Shown here: positions 58,201 to 64,000 of the stretch, piece after piece
How positions within the stretch are numbered: the stretch's first letter is position 1
Layout: every line of letters starts with the position of its first letter
Position numbers and translations under genes: made by a program
Notes under the pieces: generated by a model
What the model was told of the DNA's origin: nothing
What the model saw: the letters and a program-made list of their open reading frames with translations, nothing else
Databases searched by the model: none
Assembly: GCA_045863235.1 (NCBI GenBank)
Contig: BTUM01000041.1
Coordinates: forward strand, 1 to 64,000
Length of the DNA stretch: 64,000 nt
From: Candidatus Xenobia bacterium
GTDB taxonomy: Bacteria; Vulcanimicrobiota; Xenobia; Xenobiales; QWHO01
Direction: 5' to 3'

Positions 58201-60746
58201 GACAGGTCCGTCGCCTGCTCGAGCAAGCCCTCCCGGCTGAAACCAGACCGCTGGTTGGGTCGCCCCTGGAGCTCCAGGGTGAGGAGCGCGATCGGGTTCT
58301 GGTGGCACTGCCCGACACCGATCGCAAGCTGGTGAGCGCGGCCGACCGGCGCCGGCTGCTGGCCAGCCTGAGCCTGGCCCGGGAGCAAGTCTTGCTTTTA
58401 TCTGCCGGCGATCCCGAGAATGACTATGCCCCCGGGGATCTGCGTCGGGAACTGGTGGCCGGAGCCGAGGGAATCGGGACCCTGACGCTGGGCGGCTCAG
58501 GCTGGCGCGGATTGATTGCTCAGGCCGTGCGCAGAGCCGGATATCGGATGCATCCGTTCAATGAGCGCACCGTCCTGATTCAGGGAGAGTCGGGCTGGGT
58601 CATGCTCAGCATGCTGGGCGAGTCCACCCCTCCAACCCGCGCCGAGCTGGTCACGGAGAGCTGGCTGGAGCAGTACATGGGGTGGCGGGTCATCCGCCTG
58701 AGAGCCAGCTCCTTCTGGATCGACCAGGAGAGCAGTCTCCGGGGGGTCGTCGCGCAACTCGAGGCGCTGGGCCTGTCGCCTCTGGGCGACTCGCCGGCGA
58801 GCGAGCGGGGTCTGAGCCTGCTCAAGGCCGCTCAGGAGTTACGCCGCGAGCTGCCCGGCCTGCCAGCGCCGGCCGTCCAGGCAGGCGCTGACTATGGACC
58901 GGGCGATTTCAACTGGACCTGGCAGCCGCTGGTTCGGCGCCTGCTCAACGAGCAAGTCCGGGTGGCTCCAGCCGACACCGCCGGGCACGAGCTGGAAGTC
59001 GAGCGCCAGGGTCGCCGACTGACCCTGAGCGACCGACGGGGCGAGGGGATCGACCTTGCCGTCAGCCCGAGCGGGCTGGATGACGCCCTGGAGAAGGTCC
59101 TGGCCGCCCTGGGGCCGGGCGAGCCCCCGCTGCCGCGCCCCGAGCTGGTCGCCACGACCTCCGACGAGCCCGGTCACTGGTTGATCCCGTTCGAGTCCTT
59201 TGAGGACACGGCAACGCAGCCCGAGCCGGTCGCCCCCGCTGAGAACCTCGAGGGCACGACCGCGCAACCCGAGCCTCCTGCCGAGGACGAGGGAGCGGCC
59301 GCGCCCACTGAGGACCTCGCGCAGCTCGAGCCTTCTGAGGACCGCGAGGGCCACGCCCAGGGGGCCCAGCAGCTCCAGCAGGAGGAAGCGACTTTCGGTC
59401 AGACCGAGGTTTTGGACCTGCCCGAGGAGAGCGAGTTGGTCGCTCACACCGGGCCCGAGAGCCACCTGCCCGAGCCCACTCCGGAAAACTCCGCCCCCGA
59501 GGCCGAGAAGGCCCCGGTGGATGGGAAGCGGGCCGCCACCAGCGTGGCCACCCCACCCGAGCGCAAGACGCCCCGGAGCCAGCCCTCCGGCTACTTCAGC
59601 CCTTCCTCGCGCTTCGAATTCGGGGTTGCCCACCCGGCCAGCCGGCCGGCTCGACCTGCCGGCGAGCCGCGCCGCGGGGGCGAGCGGTCTCAGCCCGCTC
59701 CCCCGCCGGCTCCCCGACCGGTGGAGCCCGAAGCCCCCCCCGCTGCCGAGCCAGCGGCCGAGAAACGGCCCCAGCCAACCCGTCCCCCGACCTCCCCTCG
59801 CCCCGACAGGATCAGCTGGACCGAGGCCACCGGCCGGGCAGCCTCTCCGGCCGCCAAGCCGCCCGCGCCCAAGAACATGCCGAGCAGAACGGGTCCACCG
59901 CGCACTTCGCTCCCGCTGCCGCGCAAGGCCGCCCCGGCCCCGCCCGCCGAGCCGGCGGCTCCGATCGGCCTGGAGGCGATTCGCGCCCTGATGTTGCAGG
60001 CTTTCGAGTTGATCCGGCCGGTGCCGGACAGGGTCGTCACCGAGCTTGTCGAGGGGGTCAGCGAGGTCGGGCTCGAGCGGGGGGGCCGCGAGCAGCGCCG
60101 AGCCCCGCGCCTGCTGTGCTGTTATGACGTGCTGGGCGAGTGCGAGGGGGAGAGCTTCCAGGCCGTCGTCAGCGAGGTGAGCTTGACCGGGGTTCGCCTC
60201 GAGCTCTCCAACCGACTCAGGCGCGAGGCCCTGGTGGTGCTGCGGCCCGATCTCTCCAGTGACCTGTCCCCGGTTCAGTGCCAGGTACGCTGGTGCCGTC
60301 GCTCGGCGGAAGGCATGGCGGCCGGTCTGGCCTTCCATGAAGAGCCCGAGCAGCTCAGCCGCTCCTGGGTTGCGGTGCTGCTGCACAGCCTCGGCTTCGG
60401 GCCCGAGCACAGCCACCAGCGCCGCAAGACGCTGCGCGTTCCCACCCCGCGACTCAAGGTCCTGGTCCGGGGCAAAGGAATGGGAACGGCCCTCGACCTG
60501 GGCGTCGGAGGCATGCTGCTCGAGACCACCGCCCGATTGAGCCTCGACGAGCGCGTGGAGCTGACCCTGGGGCCCCATGAAAGCCTCCCGGCCGTGCAGG
60601 TGCAGGCCAGGATCGCCAACCAGCGCCAGCGCAAAGTTCCCGCTTACGGTATGGCCTTCATGGACCTGACCCCCTCCACCATGAAAGCCCTGGGCGCTTA
60701 CGTGCTCAGCTTCCTGGCCGCGCGCGCCAAGGGAAAGAGGCCCTGA
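55245..60746 (+). CDS. degenerate SF1 (Upf1-like) helicase + restriction-endonuclease-like domain + Pro-rich linker + two PilZ domains
   Basis: Walker A GGPGTGKS; altered motifs VVEHAG, GDPER and QGEERD; GWRVIRLRASSFW; PilZ motifs RRAPR/EVSLTG and RKTLR/DLGVGG. Confidence 0.8.
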   Translation: MGTQLERLNQLFEFLVRVQEFWTQPWTRLEQLPWSSTLQTNSEGATWRIAPDAPLYAALVEVADLIEQESFRLRLGQEWLEGPEAACPLRWQDVRLRRLESGLELKVQGPTHLRQDLLRSLGLPERPDPPYQVTPCSVLYLEPLALDYSEFLARLRKALPDVDDLPASLASFTGPSPAKPEPLYRQPLWTLSISPEQEEVAHRLAVRPLVLVEGGPGTGKSHLVANLLGHCLAMGLRVLVTGPSSATLRPILNALPPDLRALCVGPGQSPDLELTKRLEKTDPKALLKEAEVEKKRREELLEEQDRLEEQLLTQAQLEYSERDDERVSELGRRLQPERDELGWIPGPVGLKPNPLTPDEVAELYDSNRLSLHEEEQLSGPLPDRAELLTAPELASLSELWREVENYPDHNYWSGTPPLESLEYLPLAASRVVSSLRQSDPWFLECVWRARTNEKHRQTYGVLLRELEQNRKERNRILKQIGDRDPTLPFFDDEAQEICQELLEHVNRGGTVTGIAATFLKPRWKKFLKGAQVRGKSPTTEGDFQALLEAISLKRLNETEDQRWAQEMVLLGLMGAEQRKLDRIDTLKRALSWNLEVFSDFEHQAAGAGLLWERAMELASEENGSGRVLRRLLSFLEHELEPLLERRKAYLDVCQLMKRADQEARYLKSAERSSPNPIWGKLRQALVERDERAYEEALEELARWESLAPLAQRRRELLDLLEPVAPAWVDAIRERSKVHGRTQVPGNVVAAWEHRQATQWLRQLHDQPGPEVTLKRLFEVREAVLSVTRELVTQRAWAMLGMRAGKRELSSQDCAPAWVIPLDQVLERFSPDETRFDLLVVEHAGLCDLRAVGLLALAERALILGDPERLCPEPAAQHDELARLAAPYLAEHHRARPTSLLTWLDQGDSLRLTASFRARTELLQLLRLLESSVAQAPGRSPSLPTPPFGLLRSRLEATDVAAIALAVLREHPGQSLAVACCRVALGRQVRRLLEQALPAETRPLVGSPLELQGEERDRVLVALPDTDRKLVSAADRRRLLASLSLAREQVLLLSAGDPENDYAPGDLRRELVAGAEGIGTLTLGGSGWRGLIAQAVRRAGYRMHPFNERTVLIQGESGWVMLSMLGESTPPTRAELVTESWLEQYMGWRVIRLRASSFWIDQESSLRGVVAQLEALGLSPLGDSPASERGLSLLKAAQELRRELPGLPAPAVQAGADYGPGDFNWTWQPLVRRLLNEQVRVAPADTAGHELEVERQGRRLTLSDRRGEGIDLAVSPSGLDDALEKVLAALGPGEPPLPRPELVATTSDEPGHWLIPFESFEDTATQPEPVAPAENLEGTTAQPEPPAEDEGAAAPTEDLAQLEPSEDREGHAQGAQQLQQEEATFGQTEVLDLPEESELVAHTGPESHLPEPTPENSAPEAEKAPVDGKRAATSVATPPERKTPRSQPSGYFSPSSRFEFGVAHPASRPARPAGEPRRGGERSQPAPPPAPRPVEPEAPPAAEPAAEKRPQPTRPPTSPRPDRISWTEATGRAASPAAKPPAPKNMPSRTGPPRTSLPLPRKAAPAPPAEPAAPIGLEAIRALMLQAFELIRPVPDRVVTELVEGVSEVGLERGGREQRRAPRLLCCYDVLGECEGESFQAVVSEVSLTGVRLELSNRLRREALVVLRPDLSSDLSPVQCQVRWCRRSAEGMAAGLAFHEEPEQLSRSWVAVLLHSLGFGPEHSHQRRKTLRVPTPRLKVLVRGKGMGTALDLGVGGMLLETTARLSLDERVELTLGPHESLPAVQVQARIANQRQRKVPAYGMAFMDLTPSTMKALGAYVLSFLAARAKGKRP

Positions 60747-61252
60747 TGCGCTCGCGCATGGTGGATCTGCTCATGCTGCTGGTCGTGCTGTCTATCGGAG
60801 CCATGGTCTGGCACTTTCGCGAGCACCCGACCCACCGGCAGTTCCAGAGCGAGCGCCAGCTGGCCGACGAGGCGCTGAAGGAGAGGGACTTCCGAGCGGC
60901 CGTGTCGCACCTCCAGCACTGCGTGCGGATGGCTCGCCAGATGGGTGACCGGGAGCTCGAGCACGAGGCCCTGGACGACCTGGGCTGGAGCTACTTCGAG
61001 CTGGGCGACCTGGAGCAGGCGGCCAAGTTTCAGCAGGAAGCCGTGCTACGAGCCGAGGAGGCGCACGGCCCCGACAATCCCAAAGTGGCGCTCTACCTTG
61101 CCCGGTTGACCCGGGTAACGCCCGATCCGAAACTGGCGCGGGAGTATCTGGCCCGAGCCGAAGCGATCTATCGCAGGACGTTCCCCCCTGGACCGGATCT
61201 GGAGGCCGCTCTGGCCCCACTCGAGGAGCAGCGAAAGTCTCTGGCCCCCTGA
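60746..61252 (+). CDS. membrane-anchored TPR protein
   Basis: N-terminal transmembrane segment; ALDDLGWSYFELGDLEQA TPR motif. Confidence 0.75.
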   Translation: MRSRMVDLLMLLVVLSIGAMVWHFREHPTHRQFQSERQLADEALKERDFRAAVSHLQHCVRMARQMGDRELEHEALDDLGWSYFELGDLEQAAKFQQEAVLRAEEAHGPDNPKVALYLARLTRVTPDPKLAREYLARAEAIYRRTFPPGPDLEAALAPLEEQRKSLAP

Positions 61253-61306
61253 GGATTGACCTCGGTCAACGCATTCTCTGCTGCTCCAGGGTTATGATGA
61301 CAGCGT

Positions 61307-61762
61307 ATGGAGCTCATATCCGGGGCCAGCGCCCCACTGGACGGGAACCGACTCGGGAGCGGGGAGTACCTCGAGCGCGCCGATGGTTCTCTGCTGGACG
61401 GATTCACGGGCTACGACGAGATGATCCTGGAGAACGGCCTGTTGCTGCGTCGTTACGACAACGGGTCGGTGCGACTGGAGAACCCGGCCAGCGGAGTCAT
61501 CCAGGAGGAGCGCATCGATGGCAAGCTCCTGGTGTCGCTCCCCACCGGCAAGGTGGTCTTCCAGAAGTTCGTGGGCGAGCCTCTGCTGGTCTACGACACC
61601 ACCGGATTGCAGCCGCCCGGGCTGGCCCGGGTCAGCACCGCCAGTCTCCCCGGTGAGCACGAGCCCCGCCACGTCTACCACTTCCAGGACCATGAAGGGG
61701 GCCACGTCATCGATCTCTGCACTCTTCGCTACTACCGCATGGGCGCCCGGGCGGCGAGTTGA
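61307..61762 (+). CDS. hypothetical beta-rich protein
   Basis: Clean ORF; TATGAT 8 nt upstream. Confidence 0.65.
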   Translation: MELISGASAPLDGNRLGSGEYLERADGSLLDGFTGYDEMILENGLLLRRYDNGSVRLENPASGVIQEERIDGKLLVSLPTGKVVFQKFVGEPLLVYDTTGLQPPGLARVSTASLPGEHEPRHVYHFQDHEGGHVIDLCTLRYYRMGARAAS

Positions 61763-61772
61763 CTCAGATCAA
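61759..61772. promoter_or_regulatory. FNR/DNR-type binding box upstream of ric
   Basis: TTGACTCAGATCAA is one mismatch from TTGAT-N4-ATCAA and lies ~62 nt upstream of ric. Confidence 0.6.
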
Positions 61773-61834
61773 TTGCTAACCCTGAGAAAACTGGCAAGCT
61801 GAGTCAACCGCGTTCGAGAGGAGCAAGCCAGCCC

Positions 61835-62518
61835 ATGCAAACCACGACTGCCCACACCCCTGTCAAAGAGATTGCCGGAGGACATCCCCGCATCTGGAGC
61901 GTGCTGGAGAGATTCGGGATCGATTACTGTTGCGCCGGGGGAAAGCAGCCCCTGGAGCAAGCCTGCAACGAGCGAGGTGTGGACGTGGAGGCCGTCCTGG
62001 CGGCCATCCAGGAGGTGATGCAGGGGCCGAACAGCGGCCCTGACCTGGCCCGTCTGGGCCTGAGCGAGCTGTCCGACTACATCGAGCGGGTCCACCACGA
62101 CTACCTCAAGAGCGAGCTTCCCAGCCTCCGAGCTCGCTTGCGACGGGTCATTCAGGTGCACGCTGAGGCCCATCCCGAGGTGGTCGAGCTGGGACGTATC
62201 TTCGAGGACTTCGCCGACGAGCTCGAGAGCCACATGGCCAAAGAAGAGCACGCGCTGTTCCCGGCCATCCGCCAGATGGAGCGCGGGGAAGGACGCCTGC
62301 CCCTGGAGGGACCGGTCGAGATGATGCTGCACGAGCACCAGGCGGCCGGCCAGGCCCTGGCCCGAATGCGTGAGCTGACGGGCGAATTCACCCCGCCTGC
62401 GGATGCCTGCGCCACCTTCGAGTCGCTTTATCGGTCCCTGGCCGAGCTCGACAAGGACATGCAACGGCACGTCCACACCGAGAACGACATCTTGTTCCCG
62501 GCGGCACTGAAAGGCTGA
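61835..62518 (+). CDS. ric: iron-sulfur cluster repair di-iron protein (YtfE/ScdA)
   Basis: Motifs GIDYCC.GG, HHDYL, HMAKEEHALFP, EH and HVHTENDILFP. Confidence 0.93.
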   Translation: MQTTTAHTPVKEIAGGHPRIWSVLERFGIDYCCAGGKQPLEQACNERGVDVEAVLAAIQEVMQGPNSGPDLARLGLSELSDYIERVHHDYLKSELPSLRARLRRVIQVHAEAHPEVVELGRIFEDFADELESHMAKEEHALFPAIRQMERGEGRLPLEGPVEMMLHEHQAAGQALARMRELTGEFTPPADACATFESLYRSLAELDKDMQRHVHTENDILFPAALKG

Positions 62519-62635
62519 GTGCCGTGTCCGCGACCCCGTTTTGAATCGTAGCGGGGCACGAAGAGACCGCATCCAGACGGGGCTCTCCGCGTTCTCGGCG
62601 CTGTCTGCGGTTTGATGCAAAGGGTCAGGACGGAC

Positions 62636-62872
62636 TCAGCCGTCGTCTCCCGCGGGACGGGTGTAGATGACCCGAAAGAGCAGAATCGCCGCCTGGCAGT
62701 CGTCACAGCCAGGCGGCAACTCGCTTTGCTCGACCTTCTCGAGGCGCACCTCGAGCCCCAGGCTGCGGTAGAGGGCCGACGCCTCCTCCAGGCGCGGCGG
62801 AGCGGCCACGAACCGGCGGGTCCAACCCGAGTCGTCAGACGGCAAGACCTGAGCGCTCGCGCAGGTGGTCAT
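62636..62872 (-). CDS. small CxxC protein downstream of the activase genes
   Basis: WTRRF...RLEEA..LY..LG.EV...CDDC...IYTRP; overlaps the activase gene. Confidence 0.6.
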   Translation of the reverse strand: MTTCASAQVLPSDDSGWTRRFVAAPPRLEEASALYRSLGLEVRLEKVEQSELPPGCDDCQAAILLFRVIYTRPAGDDG

Positions 62873-63680
62873 CGAGCCGGCCCTGGAGGCGCAGCTTCTC
62901 CACCCGGCGCCAGCCCAGCCAGGCAGCGCCCACGGCGCCGTTGAACTGCACCAGCTCAGGCGGAGGGACGTTGATGGGGGCCTTCAGCTTCTCGGCCACC
63001 GTGCGGGTCATGCTCTCAAAGCGCAAAATGCCGCCCACCAGGGTGTATTCGGGCTCCATGTTGACCCGCTTCATCAGCTGCAGCGAGCGGTCGACCAGGG
63101 AAGAGATGGCCCCGCTCATGATGTCGGAGGGGGCCGAGCCGAGCGAGAGCTGGTTGATCACCTCCGACTCGGCGAACACGGCGCACACCCCGCTGATGGG
63201 CACCGGGTTGTGGGAGGTGGCCGCCAGCGGCCCTACCTCCTCGATGGCAAAGCCCATGGTGCGGGCGGTCTTCTCCAGGAACGCGCCCGTGCCGGCGGCA
63301 CACTTGTCGTTGAGGCGAAACGAGCGCACCTTGCCCTGGTGATCGAGGCGAATGGCCTTCATGGTCTGGCCGCCCACGTCGAGCACGGTGCGCGTGCCCG
63401 GGAAGAAGAAGGCGGCCCCCCGGGCGTGGGCGGTGAGGTCGGTGACCTGGGTGTCGCGGAAGCTCACCTGGTGGCGGCCGTAGCCGGTGCTGACCACGTA
63501 GGCCACCTCAGCTGCGCTGATTCCGGCAGAGGTCAGCGCCTGACGGTAGGCCTGCTCGGCGGCCTCGGCCAGCTTGAAGCCGGTCTTGAGCAAGCTGGCT
63601 CCGACCACGCCCGAGCGGGGGCTGTAGAGCACCGCCTTGGTGTAGGTCGAGCCGAGATCGATTCCAGCGCACAGCATCAC
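62835..63680 (-). CDS. ATP-dependent acyl-CoA dehydratase activase / benzoyl-CoA reductase electron-activating subunit (HgdC/BcrAD family)
   Basis: Motifs [29 protein letters not shown] and CAVFAESE. Confidence 0.9.
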   Translation of the reverse strand: MMLCAGIDLGSTYTKAVLYSPRSGVVGASLLKTGFKLAEAAEQAYRQALTSAGISAAEVAYVVSTGYGRHQVSFRDTQVTDLTAHARGAAFFFPGTRTVLDVGGQTMKAIRLDHQGKVRSFRLNDKCAAGTGAFLEKTARTMGFAIEEVGPLAATSHNPVPISGVCAVFAESEVINQLSLGSAPSDIMSGAISSLVDRSLQLMKRVNMEPEYTLVGGILRFESMTRTVAEKLKAPINVPPPELVQFNGAVGAAWLGWRRVEKLRLQGRLDDHLRERSGLAV

Positions 63681-64000
63681 ACCGTCACCCCCTGGGCTCC
63701 CAGAATGCGGTCGCGGGCATAGAGCGCCGCTCCCAGAGCCCCCATGAAGTGGGACTCGGGGCTCACGTTGACCTTCAATCCCAGCATCTGGTCGAGCACC
63801 TCCACCATGGCCTGGTTACGCGTCACCCCGCCGGTGAAGGTGACCTCGTTCTCGATACCCACGCGGCGGGCCAGGCCCACCGAACGGGTGCCGATGGAAA
63901 GGTGCACCCCCATCAAGATGTCCTCCACCTTCTTGCCCTTCTCCAGCCACGAGAGCACCTCGCTCTCGGCGAAGACGGTGCAGGTGGTCGAGATCTTGAC
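63677..64000 (-). CDS. second HgdC/BcrAD-family activase (3' part; runs off the window)
   Basis: Motifs [21 protein letters not shown] and MGALGAAL. Confidence 0.85.
   Translation of the reverse strand, partial: VKISTTCTVFAESEVLSWLEKGKKVEDILMGVHLSIGTRSVGLARRVGIENEVTFTGGVTRNQAMVEVLDQMLGLKVNVSPESHFMGALGAALYARDRILGAQGVTV

Overview
High-GC bacterial chromosomal window with about 50 CDS. I see no rRNA, tRNA, CRISPR array or intact transposase. Housekeeping and metabolic genes include an AddA-type helicase-nuclease, aguA-aguB, purL-purQ, ric, aminotransferases and two HgdC/Bcr-type activases. They are interspersed with c-di-GMP signalling proteins: a kinase-ATPase-GAF-GGDEF fusion, a PilZ protein, and a degenerate SF1 helicase-nuclease fused to two PilZ domains. 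The most striking signal is a dispersed set of otherwise unrelated proteins with shared terminal motifs. Five end in an ungapped ~18-aa motif, [IV]-x-[EQ]-x4-[VI]-x-[ILV]-G-[GS]-x2-[LV]-x-[RKH]-R. About nine, including a clostripain, a lipase and a subtilisin that lack Sec signal peptides, start with a disordered S/P/A/Q-rich leader ending in a D-x-[VF]-x-L-S-like motif. Together these suggest an undescribed export or cargo-sorting system (inference). Non-coding features are a ~57-bp palindromic tandem array at the left edge, three copies of a 108-bp double-hairpin element, a bidirectional terminator and an FNR/DNR-type box upstream of ric. The protein style recalls Eremiobacterota/Vulcanimicrobiota, but this taxonomic guess is unverified. 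Several CDS starts were moved from the ORF track and are estimates.
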